A stretch of 58,902 nucleotides of DNA from Acidobacteriota bacterium (GTDB taxonomy: Bacteria; Acidobacteriota; JAAYUB01), in the NCBI GenBank assembly GCA_017996395.1, contig JAGOHA010000007.1, positions 1 through 58,902 on the forward strand. Reading direction: 5' to 3'. The translations under genes were made by a program, and so were the position numbers. The notes below the pieces were generated by a model. It made no database searches. It was not told the origin of the DNA and saw only the letters and a program-made list of their open reading frames with translations. Positions 18,684-27,168 of the stretch are shown in pieces; the stretch's first letter is position 1, and each line of letters opens with the position of its first letter.

Positions 18684-19690
18684 TGGCCGGCCTCCTCCGG
18701 AGCGGGGGACTCGGGGGCGGAATCGGCGGGCGCCGCTTCGGCCTCCGCGGGGGTCTCGCGGTGCTCGTCGGTGATCAGTTCCAGGAACACGTCTTCCAGC
18801 GTGGCCCGGCACGGCGTCAGCTCATGCAGCTCCAGGCCCGCCTCCACGATGCGGCGGGCGAGCCGCGGCGGACGGCCGGGGTCGTCCAGCGGCACCGTCA
18901 CCCGCCACAGGCCGCCATCCTCGGGCTGGGTGACCGCGGCGGGCTGGAGGGATTCGGCTTCGAGCAGCGCGTTGAGCGCCGCCTCGTCCCCGCCCACGCG
19001 CAGCACGAGCGACGCCCGACCGGCGGCGGAGACCGTCAGGTTCTCCGGTGTGTCCTCGGCCACGATGCGCCCCTTGTTGATGATGACCACGCGGTCGCAC
19101 ACCTGGCTCACCTCGGGCAGGATGTGCGAGGAGAGGATGATGGTGTGATCGCGACCCAGACCCTTGATCAACTCGCGCACCTCGCGGATCTGGGCCGGGT
19201 CGAGCCCGATGGTGGGCTCGTCCAGCACGATGACCTCAGGGTCGTGCACCAGCGCCTGGGCCAGGCCCACCCGCTGGCGGTAGCCCTTCGACAGCTGGGC
19301 GATGAGGCGGTGGCGCACGCTCTCCAGCCCGCAGCGGCCGATGATCCGTTCCAGCACGACCGGCAGGTCGGCTTTGGGTACGCCCTTGATCCGGGCCACG
19401 AACTGCAGGTATTCGCACACGGTGAACTCGGGGTAGAGCGGGACGTTCTCGGGCAAATAGCCGATCTGGCGCTTCACCGCCACCGGCTGCTCGAACACGT
19501 CGAGGCCGCCCACCCGGCAGGCGCCCCCCGTGGCGGGCATGTAACCGGTCAGGATGCGCATGGTCGTGGTCTTGCCGGCGCCGTTTGGCCCGAGGAACCC
19601 CAGGATCTCGCCGCGCTGGACCGTGAAGCTGACGTCCTCGATGGCTTTGAATGTACCGTAATACTTGGTCAGTCCGGATACTTCGATCAC
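18680..19690 (-). CDS. ABC transporter ATP-binding protein (GldA-like) with an acidic/Pro-rich C-terminal tail
   Basis: Walker A GPNGAGKTT, signature LSKGYRQR, Walker B VIVLDEP. The start was set at GTG 19690 (VIEVSGLTKYY), which has AGGAGG 5 nt upstream. The track's longer N-terminus has no homology-like content. Confidence 0.88.
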   Translation of the reverse strand: MIEVSGLTKYYGTFKAIEDVSFTVQRGEILGFLGPNGAGKTTTMRILTGYMPATGGACRVGGLDVFEQPVAVKRQIGYLPENVPLYPEFTVCEYLQFVARIKGVPKADLPVVLERIIGRCGLESVRHRLIAQLSKGYRQRVGLAQALVHDPEVIVLDEPTIGLDPAQIREVRELIKGLGRDHTIILSSHILPEVSQVCDRVVIINKGRIVAEDTPENLTVSAAGRASLVLRVGGDEAALNALLEAESLQPAAVTQPEDGGLWRVTVPLDDPGRPPRLARRIVEAGLELHELTPCRATLEDVFLELITDEHRETPAEAEAAPADSAPESPAPEEAGQ

Positions 19691-19758
19691 AAGCCCTCCT
19701 GGCGTTGGTCTGAAACGAGTACATACGCTCGCGCGTGCGTCCGGTTTCAAAGCCGCCC

Positions 19759-19787
19759 AATATAGCCGAAAAAGCCTGTGATGTAAA
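19759..19787 (-). promoter_or_regulatory. Candidate sigma70 promoter for the ABC/GldG operon
   Basis: The minus strand reads TTTACA-N17-TATATT (plus-strand tgtaaa 19782-19787, aatata 19759-19764). It lies about 60 nt upstream of the GTG start. Confidence 0.45.
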
Positions 19788-19827
19788 GGTTGCCGGTGGT
19801 TGTGGCCCGCGGTCGGCGAAAAGCCGA

Positions 19828-19856
19828 TTGCATGGCGGGAGGGCATCCGCTAGACT
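19828..19856 (+). promoter_or_regulatory. Candidate sigma70 promoter for the GlmS-like gene / dnaE
   Basis: TTGCAT (19828-19833)-N17-TAGACT (19851-19856), about 50 nt upstream of ATG 19909. Confidence 0.4.
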
Positions 19857-19908
19857 AGCACTCCGGCCGGAGTGACCGGTCGCCAAGGCCCCCTCTGGAG
19901 ATACGCGC

Positions 19909-22596
19909 ATGGCCGTCATCGTCTGTCTGCACCGGACGCATCCCGGACCGCGCCGCCTGTCGCGACTGGCCGGCACGGTCCGCCGCCGGATTGCCGGCTG
20001 GCAGCTCACCCTGCCGGTGCCCGTGCCCGCCGTCGGCTGCGGAGTGCTGGGCATGGTCTGCGCCAGACGCACCGTCCGCCTGGGCGAGATCGCCTCGCGG
20101 CTCCTGGAGAAGCTGGAGTACCGCGGGTACGACTCGACGGGGCTGTGCATTCAGGACGAAGGCCAGCGAATCGTCCTTAAGAAATCGGTGGGCGCCCCGT
20201 CCAACGTGGTCAAGGCGCTGGAGCTGGAAACCCTGCCGGGCCGCCTGTTCTGCGGCCAGGTCCGCTGGGCCACCTTCGGCGCGGTGGACGACCTCAACGC
20301 CCAGCCGCACCTGGTCGCCTGCAAGACCCGCATCTACGGGGCGCACAACGGCAACCTCACCAACTGCGAGGCGCTCAAGGACGACCTGCGACTGGAGGGG
20401 CACGTCGTCCTCAGCGACAACGACGGCGAAATGCTGGTCCACACCATGGAGCATTTCTTCTTCCTCAACCTGGAGAAGCACCCCGCCGACCGGCGCGAGG
20501 AGCGGACGGTGCGGCGCGCCTGCATGATCGAGGCCATCCGCCAGGGGAGCCGGAAGATCCGCGGCTCGTACGCCGCGGTGATCGTGGACCCGGTGCTGGA
20601 AGAGGCCTACGCCATCAAGAGCGGCAGCTCGCTGTATGTGGGCAAGGGGTCCGACGACAACGGCGACTTCATTCTCACCTCCAGCGACCTGTCGGCGGTG
20701 CTGAGCTTGACGCGCATCCTCATCCCGCTGTCCGAAGGGGAGTTCATCCACTTCGACAATGCGGACTGGACGGTGTACTCGCTGACAGATCCGCGTCTGG
20801 CCGAGCGGCGGCTCCCCAAGCGGTCCAAGCTGCGTGTCCGCGACATGGCGTTGCGTCCGCCGTTCCAGTTCTTCATGGAGCAGGAGATCGCCGCCCAGGG
20901 CGAGGCCGCCGCGGAGCTGATTGACTTGTTCCACCCCGGCAACGGTGTCCGGGAGGAGCTGTTCGCCCGGCACGACGGCATGCGGGAGTTGGTCTTCCGC
21001 GTCCGCCAGTCGGTCCGCCAGGCCAGCTTCCAGACCGACACCCGCCATCTCCTCGACGATCTCGCGGCGATTTTCGGCGGCGAGGATTTCCGCCGACTGG
21101 AGGCGGCGGTGGGCGGCGACGGGCTCTTTCGCCGTTACTCCGAGGCGGTGCCTGAAACCCGGCCGTTCGCCTCTGTCGAGGAGGGCTTCCTGCAGGAGAT
21201 GCACCGCCTCACCGGCGGCGAATGGCGAGAACGGCTGATGATCACCGACACCCTCTTCCAGTACAAGCACCGCTATTCATTGCGCGGCTGGGTGGAGAAG
21301 TTCGCCCGGGAGCTGGAGGCGCACCGGGCGCGGCGGATCTACATGGTGGCCTGCGGCTCCTCCTACAACGCGGCGCGGGCCGGGGCGGCCATCCTGAACC
21401 GGCTGGCCGGCATCCCGGTCGCCTGCATGCTCCCGGGCGAGTTCCGCGCCGAAGCCCACGAGTCCGTCACCGCCGACGATTTGTTCATCGGAATTTCGCA
21501 GAGCGGCGAAACCAAGGATCTGGTGGACATCTGCAACGCCCTGGCGGCGCGCGTGCCGGTCCGGCGGCTGATGATCGTCAACAACGTCAATTCCACGCTG
21601 GCCCAGGAAAAATGCGACTTCTATCTCCCGATCCTGTGCGGCCCGGAGATTGCCGTGCCCGCCACCAAGAGCTTCACTAACCAGCTGGTGCTGCTCTTCG
21701 GGCTGGCGCTCAAGTGCCTCGAGCTGCGCGGCGAGACGGGCGCCGCCTACGAGTCGGCGCGCCAGCAGTTCCTCCGGATCCCCCAGCTCCTCGATGAGAC
21801 CCACCGCCAGGTGCGGCTCCGCGTCCGGGAACTGGCCGAGGAAATCTACCTGAGCCCTTCGGCCCACATCCTCTCGGCCGCCAACGTGGGGTTGGCCCGC
21901 GAGGGGGCGTTGAAGATCCGCGAGGTGGTCCTGAACCACAGCGAGGGGATGGAGGCATCGGAGTTCAAGCACGGCCCCAACACCATCCTGGGCAAGAATT
22001 TCACCTTCGGCCTGGAGCAGGTCCAGCACGGACTGACCGGATTCACCGGCCTGTACGCGGAGCTGGCCGAGCGGGTCCAGGCGGGTGGGCTCCCGCCGGC
22101 GGCGCTGGGGCCGCTGGCCGCGGCGCTGGCCGACTACCTGGTGCACCACAGCCGGCCGTTCCACCTGCGCCCGGAGGAGGAGCGGGCGCTCCAGCCGCTC
22201 CTGCAACGCGACTTCTACTCCCCGCTATTCGCGCCGTACCCGCTCCTGTTCCTCACTCCGCCCACCCAGCGCGACGTGGAGCTGACCATCTCCCAGATCA
22301 ACACCCACAAAATCCGGGGCGCCGCCATCTACGTCATCGCCGAGGAGAACGAGGAGCTGCGCCAGGCGGCGGTCCGGCCCCCGGCCGACGCGCCCGGCTA
22401 CCGGAGCTACTATCTGACGCTGCCCCGCACCGGCAGCGAGCTGCTCTATCCGTTCTCGGCCGTCGTCGCCCTGCAGATGCTGGCGCTCGAGATGAGCGTC
22501 CTGAAGATGAAGTACCTGAACCGGCTGAAAATCCCGATGCACGGCGTGCACCCCGACGTGCCCAAAAACGTCAGCAAGTCGATCACCGTGGACTGA
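19909..22596 (+). CDS. GlmS-family glutamine-fructose-6-phosphate amidotransferase-like protein, long form (class-II GATase + 2 SIS domains with insertions)
   Basis: GATase-II motifs are present: CGVLGMV (Cys is codon 44 of the ORF), VRWATFG, NGNLTN, SDNDGEM. SIS motifs are present: ACGSSYNAA, SQSGETKD, EASEFKHGPNT. The GlmS-like C-terminus is KSITVD. The start is uncertain: ATG 19909, GTG 20017 or GTG 20023. Confidence 0.8.
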   Translation: MAVIVCLHRTHPGPRRLSRLAGTVRRRIAGWQLTLPVPVPAVGCGVLGMVCARRTVRLGEIASRLLEKLEYRGYDSTGLCIQDEGQRIVLKKSVGAPSNVVKALELETLPGRLFCGQVRWATFGAVDDLNAQPHLVACKTRIYGAHNGNLTNCEALKDDLRLEGHVVLSDNDGEMLVHTMEHFFFLNLEKHPADRREERTVRRACMIEAIRQGSRKIRGSYAAVIVDPVLEEAYAIKSGSSLYVGKGSDDNGDFILTSSDLSAVLSLTRILIPLSEGEFIHFDNADWTVYSLTDPRLAERRLPKRSKLRVRDMALRPPFQFFMEQEIAAQGEAAAELIDLFHPGNGVREELFARHDGMRELVFRVRQSVRQASFQTDTRHLLDDLAAIFGGEDFRRLEAAVGGDGLFRRYSEAVPETRPFASVEEGFLQEMHRLTGGEWRERLMITDTLFQYKHRYSLRGWVEKFARELEAHRARRIYMVACGSSYNAARAGAAILNRLAGIPVACMLPGEFRAEAHESVTADDLFIGISQSGETKDLVDICNALAARVPVRRLMIVNNVNSTLAQEKCDFYLPILCGPEIAVPATKSFTNQLVLLFGLALKCLELRGETGAAYESARQQFLRIPQLLDETHRQVRLRVRELAEEIYLSPSAHILSAANVGLAREGALKIREVVLNHSEGMEASEFKHGPNTILGKNFTFGLEQVQHGLTGFTGLYAELAERVQAGGLPPAALGPLAAALADYLVHHSRPFHLRPEEERALQPLLQRDFYSPLFAPYPLLFLTPPTQRDVELTISQINTHKIRGAAIYVIAEENEELRQAAVRPPADAPGYRSYYLTLPRTGSELLYPFSAVVALQMLALEMSVLKMKYLNRLKIPMHGVHPDVPKNVSKSITVD

Positions 22597-22621
22597 GACA
22601 TCCGGCGGAGTCGCAAATTCC

Positions 22622-25600
22622 ATGAGCCAACCGTTCGTCCATCTGCATGTGCACACCGACTACTCGCTGCTCGACGGCGCCTGCGCCATCGACCGGCTGG
22701 TGGCCAAGGCCGCCGCCAGCGGAATGCCGGCCCTGGCCGTCACCGACCACGGCAACCTGTACGGCGCCGTGCAGTTCTACGAGAAGGCGAAGAAGGCCGG
22801 CATCAAACCCATTATCGGCAGCGAGGTGTACATCGTCTCGGGCAGCCGGCACGAGAAAACCCGCGCCAGCGAGGACAGCTTCCACCTCATCCTGCTGGTG
22901 AAGGACCGGGACGGCTATCAAAACCTGTGCCGACTGATCTCCCTGAGCTTCCTGGAGGGGTTCTACTACCGCCCCCGCATCGACTTCGAGCTGCTCCGCC
23001 GGCACGCCCGCGGCCTGATCGGCCTGTCCGCCTGCCTGGCCGGGGAGATCCCCACGTGCATCATGGCCGGCAACGAGGCCGGAGCCGAAGCCGCCGCCCG
23101 CCGCTACGTGGAGATCTTCGGCGACGGCAATTTCTACCTGGAGCTCCAGGACCACGGCCTGCCCAACCAGGCGCCGGTCAACGAAGCGCTCGTCGCACTG
23201 TCCCGGCGGACCGGCATCCCCCTCGTCGCGACGAACGACTGCCACTATCTCGAACCCGCCGACGCCCTGGCCCACGAAGTGCTCGTGTGCATCCAGACCG
23301 GCAAGCTCCTGGCCGATGAAAACCGGATGGAATTCCAGTCGAAGGAATTCTACGTCAAGACCGCCGACGAGATGGCCGCCCGCTTCGGCCATGTGCCGGA
23401 CGCGCTGGCCAACACACTGCAGGTGGCCGAGCGGTGCCAGTTCGAATTCGACCTGCAGTCCCGCTATTACCCGCGCTTCGACATCCCCACCGGCGCCACC
23501 ATCGACGAGTATTTCGAGGCGGTCACCCGCGCCGGTTTCGCCGAACGGCTCAAGAGCATCGAGGCGGACATCGCCGCCGGCCGAACCCGCCACACCCTCG
23601 ACGAGTACCACCAACGGCTGGAGTTCGAGATCGGCGTCATCAAGCGCCAGGAGTTTCCCAGCTACTTCCTCATCGTGTGGGATTTCATCCGCCAGGCCCG
23701 CGAGCGGGGCATCGCCGTCGGACCGGGCCGCGGTTCGGCGGCCGGCAGCCTGGTCGCCTATTCGCTCCGCATCACGGACCTGGACCCGCTGCGGTACGAC
23801 CTGCTGTTCGAACGCTTCCTCAACCCCGAGCGCATCTCGCCCCCCGACATCGACATCGATTTCTGCGCCCGGCGTCGCGAGGAGGTCATCCGCTACGTCA
23901 CCGAGAAGTACGGCAAGGACTGCGTCTGCCAGATCGTCACCTTCGGCACCATGAAGGCCCGGGCGGTGGTCCGCGACGTGGGACGCGTGTTGGGCATGTC
24001 CTACACCGACGTGGACCGCATCGCCAAACTCATCCCCATGGAGCTGAACATCACCCTGGAGCGGGCGCTCCAGGAGGAGCCGCGCCTGCAGGAGGCCATC
24101 GACGCGATGGCCGAGCGGAATCCCGAGGTGCTGCGGCTCATCGACATCTCCCGCCGCCTCGAGGGGCTGAGCCGGCACAGCTCCATCCACGCCGCCGGCG
24201 TGGTCATCGCCCCGCAGCCGCTGGTGGACATCATCCCCATCGCCACCCGCGGCGAGGGCGAAGTCCTGACCCAGTACAACATGAAGGACATCGAGAAGCT
24301 CGGCTTCCTGAAGATGGACTTCCTGGGGCTCATCACCCTCACGGTGATCCAGGACACCCTGCGGATGATCCAGATCAACCACGGGCTCGACCTCGACATC
24401 GACCACATCCCGCTCGACGATGCGCCCACCTACCAGATCTTCTGCGAGGGCCGCACCGCCGGCATCTTCCAGTTTGAAAGCTCGGGCATGCGCAACTATC
24501 TGCGGCAGCTCAAGCCCAGCCGCATCGAGGACCTGATCGCCATGAACGCCCTCTACCGTCCCGGTCCCATCAAGGGGAAGATGGTGGACGATTTCATCCG
24601 GCGCAAGAACGGCGAGAGCGCCAGCCAGTACACCGTGCCGGAGCTGGAGCCCATCCTCAAGGACACCTATGGCGTCATCGCCTACCAGGAACAGGTCATG
24701 CAGATCGTGTCCCGCCTGGCCGGCTTCACCCCGGGCGAAGCGGACACGCTGCGCAAGGCCATGGGCAAGAAGCAGCAGGATGTGATGAACAAGATGGAGG
24801 GGAAGTTCGTGACCGGCTCCATCGAGCGGGGCATCAAGCCCAACAAGGCCAAGGAGCTGTACGAGCTGATGCGCGGCTTCGGCGAGTACGGGTTCAACAA
24901 GTCCCACTCGGCCGCCTACGCCTGGGTCGCCTACCAGACCGCCTACTTGAAGGCGCATTACCCGAACGAATTCATGGCGGCGCTGCTCACCAGCGAAAAG
25001 AACGACACCAAGAAGGTGGTGAAGTACATCTCCGAGTGCAAGCAGATGGGCATCCGGATCCTGCCGCCGTCGGTCAACCAGAGCGAGCTGGATTTCCTGC
25101 CTACCCGCGAGGGGATCCGGTTCGGCCTCGGCGCGCTCAAGAACGTGGGTGAGACGGCCATCCTGCAGATCCTCGGCGCCCGGCGCACCGGCGGGCCGTT
25201 CCGGTCACTGAGCGACTTCTGCTGCCGGGTGGATCTGCGTCAGGTCAACTCGCGCGTGCTGGAAAGCATGATCAAGGCCGGCGTCTTCGACGAGGTGGGC
25301 CGCAGCCGGGCGCAGCTCATGCAGGGGCTCGAGCGGACCATGGCATTCGCCCAGAACCGCCAGCGGGACCGGAGCCTCGGCCAGAAGAGCCTCTTCGGCG
25401 GGATGGACGGCGGCGATGACGCCGTCCTGACTGGACCCGAACCGGAGGCGGACGTGCCCGAGTGGGACGAGAAGACGATTCTCTCGTTCGAGAAGGAAAT
25501 TATGGGCTTCTACATCTCGGGCCACCCCCTGAACGCGTACGCCGAGTTCATCGGCAAGTACACCGATTTCACCCTGGACCAGATCACCGAGAACCTGATC

Positions 25601-26110
25601 GACAAGCGGGTGAGGGTCGGGTGCGTCCTCAGCGAATTGCGGTACAAAAAAACCATGAAGAACCGGGAGCAGATGTGCGTGGGCCTGCTTGAAGACCTCA
25701 CCGGCACCATTGATTTCGTGGTGTTCCCGAAGGTGTTTGAAACGCACGAGAAGCTGATCCAGCCGGACCGGCCGCTGCTGGCCGTCGGCGTGGTGGACCA
25801 GGAGGAAAACGGCAACCTGAAGGTGGTGGTCCGGGAGTTGTATCCGTTGGAGGACGCCAAGGACCTGCAAGTCAGCCTGATCCGGCTTGAGTTGGATCTG
25901 GAGCGGATCTCGGAACCGAACGCCGTGGAACTCGCCGATCTGCTGGCCACCCAGCGGGGCGACTGCGGTGTGGAAATCCTCCTGCGGCGGCCGGGGGCCG
26001 GCGTCGCCTGGCTGGAGGCGAACGAGTTCTTCAAGATCCGTTGGTCGGCGGAGCTCAAGCTCCAGATCGAAGCGCTGACATACCCGGGCGCCGTCCAGTA
26101 CATCGCCTGA
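22622..26110 (+). CDS. dnaE: DNA polymerase III alpha subunit
   Basis: 1162 aa. PHP domain start FVHLHVHTDYSLLDGA, polymerase core, and an OB-fold C-terminal region. Confidence 0.97.
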   Translation: MSQPFVHLHVHTDYSLLDGACAIDRLVAKAAASGMPALAVTDHGNLYGAVQFYEKAKKAGIKPIIGSEVYIVSGSRHEKTRASEDSFHLILLVKDRDGYQNLCRLISLSFLEGFYYRPRIDFELLRRHARGLIGLSACLAGEIPTCIMAGNEAGAEAAARRYVEIFGDGNFYLELQDHGLPNQAPVNEALVALSRRTGIPLVATNDCHYLEPADALAHEVLVCIQTGKLLADENRMEFQSKEFYVKTADEMAARFGHVPDALANTLQVAERCQFEFDLQSRYYPRFDIPTGATIDEYFEAVTRAGFAERLKSIEADIAAGRTRHTLDEYHQRLEFEIGVIKRQEFPSYFLIVWDFIRQARERGIAVGPGRGSAAGSLVAYSLRITDLDPLRYDLLFERFLNPERISPPDIDIDFCARRREEVIRYVTEKYGKDCVCQIVTFGTMKARAVVRDVGRVLGMSYTDVDRIAKLIPMELNITLERALQEEPRLQEAIDAMAERNPEVLRLIDISRRLEGLSRHSSIHAAGVVIAPQPLVDIIPIATRGEGEVLTQYNMKDIEKLGFLKMDFLGLITLTVIQDTLRMIQINHGLDLDIDHIPLDDAPTYQIFCEGRTAGIFQFESSGMRNYLRQLKPSRIEDLIAMNALYRPGPIKGKMVDDFIRRKNGESASQYTVPELEPILKDTYGVIAYQEQVMQIVSRLAGFTPGEADTLRKAMGKKQQDVMNKMEGKFVTGSIERGIKPNKAKELYELMRGFGEYGFNKSHSAAYAWVAYQTAYLKAHYPNEFMAALLTSEKNDTKKVVKYISECKQMGIRILPPSVNQSELDFLPTREGIRFGLGALKNVGETAILQILGARRTGGPFRSLSDFCCRVDLRQVNSRVLESMIKAGVFDEVGRSRAQLMQGLERTMAFAQNRQRDRSLGQKSLFGGMDGGDDAVLTGPEPEADVPEWDEKTILSFEKEIMGFYISGHPLNAYAEFIGKYTDFTLDQITENLIDKRVRVGCVLSELRYKKTMKNREQMCVGLLEDLTGTIDFVVFPKVFETHEKLIQPDRPLLAVGVVDQEENGNLKVVVRELYPLEDAKDLQVSLIRLELDLERISEPNAVELADLLATQRGDCGVEILLRRPGAGVAWLEANEFFKIRWSAELKLQIEALTYPGAVQYIA

Positions 26111-26180
26111 TGCGGCGGCGGCGGACCGGTTGGCCGGTCGCTGCAGCCGGCCCTGCCACCCCGCGCCGATATCCGGTCCG

Positions 26181-26189
26181 TGATATAAT
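26181..26189 (+). promoter_or_regulatory. Extended -10 promoter element TGATATAAT directly upstream of the A24-like gene (possible leaderless transcript)
   Basis: TGnTATAAT at 26181-26189. The hexamer ends 6 nt before ATG 26196. It is bracketed by the inverted repeat ATATCCGG (26169-26176) / CCGGATAT (26090+: 26190-26197). Confidence 0.4.
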
Positions 26190-26195
26190 CCGGAT

Positions 26196-27113
26196 ATGCC
26201 TGTTCCGCCCGTGCTCATGCTCGGGGTGTTCGCTGCCGCGCTGGTCCTGGCGTTCCTGCTGGACCTGCTCATCGCGTCCCGCCTGCGGGGGCATCTGCGC
26301 CGGGAGCTGGATCCCGCCGGGCCGGCTGATCGAATGGAAAACGTGTCCGCCGGCGACCGGCGGATCGCCGGCCGGGCCGTGACCGTATCCGGCACACCGG
26401 AACCGCTGATGCTGCTGCTGGCGCTGGCCATGCGTCCGTCAATCCCGCTCGACACGCTGCTGGCCGTGCGCCGGGTTTCCCTGAAAGTGCCCGGCCTGGC
26501 GGCAGCGTGCCGGTTGGCACCTTTCTGTCCGCTGTTCGAGCTGATGTTCGTGGCTGTGACCGCGGGACTGCTGGGCGTGCACGGATGGAGCGAGGCCTTC
26601 CGGCACGCGCTGCTGTTCCTGACGTGCGCCTGGCCGCTGGGGTGGGTGTCCTGGCAGGACGCGGAGAACTGCATCTCTCCGGATATCTTCACCTTCGGCG
26701 GGACCATCGCCGGATTCGCCGCCGCCTGCGCCTCGCCGTCGCGGGGATTGCCCGCCGGTTCGCTGGAGGCGCCCATCGACGCCCTGGCCGGCGCCGTCGT
26801 GCTGGGCGGCGGAGGCTGGCTGATCGGTTGGTTGTACAAACGACACCGGGGACGCGAGGGCCTGGGCCTCGGCGCCGTCAAGGCCATGATGATGACCGGG
26901 GCGTTTTGGGGCGTGGTGGGCGGCTGCGCGTGCGCGTTCATCGCCTCATGTGCCGGTTCGCTGATCGGGCTCGGTATCATGTCACTGCGCCGCGACAAGC
27001 CCCCGAGCGAGATTCCGTTCACTCCGCTGCTGGTGCTGGCGGGCCTTGTCTGGGCGTTCGTCGGCTGGGCCGTGATGGATTGGTACGTCTCGCTTCCGTC
27101 GATCGAGCCATGA
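26196..27113 (+). CDS. A24-family prepilin-peptidase-like membrane protein (second catalytic Asp replaced)
   Basis: 305 aa, polytopic. The first motif, WQDAENCISPD, resembles D-x4-I/L-x-P-D. The second motif reads REGLGLGAVKAMMM where PilD/TadV-type enzymes have G-x-G-D-(V/F)-K. Confidence 0.6.
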   Translation: MPVPPVLMLGVFAAALVLAFLLDLLIASRLRGHLRRELDPAGPADRMENVSAGDRRIAGRAVTVSGTPEPLMLLLALAMRPSIPLDTLLAVRRVSLKVPGLAAACRLAPFCPLFELMFVAVTAGLLGVHGWSEAFRHALLFLTCAWPLGWVSWQDAENCISPDIFTFGGTIAGFAAACASPSRGLPAGSLEAPIDALAGAVVLGGGGWLIGWLYKRHRGREGLGLGAVKAMMMTGAFWGVVGGCACAFIASCAGSLIGLGIMSLRRDKPPSEIPFTPLLVLAGLVWAFVGWAVMDWYVSLPSIEP

Positions 27114-27168
27114 CATTCGGCGAACGGATAACCACCCGCTTGACGATCGGGATGCTCGCGAGGTTTCC

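Noticed and set aside
22583-24958. 791-aa minus-strand ORF inside dnaE. Similar long antisense or alternative-frame ORFs include 19855-21270(-), 15078-16457(+), 25205-27022(-), 36659-38254(-), 40103-41464(-), 41203-42474(-), 51824-54136(+), 57227-58813(+) and 9246-10301(+).
   Set aside because: Each overlaps a gene with strong family-level sequence identity on the other strand or frame. Their translations are low-complexity and rich in Arg, Gly, Ala, Pro, Asp and His, as expected from stop-poor frames in GC-rich DNA. None has a convincing RBS or recognisable motifs.
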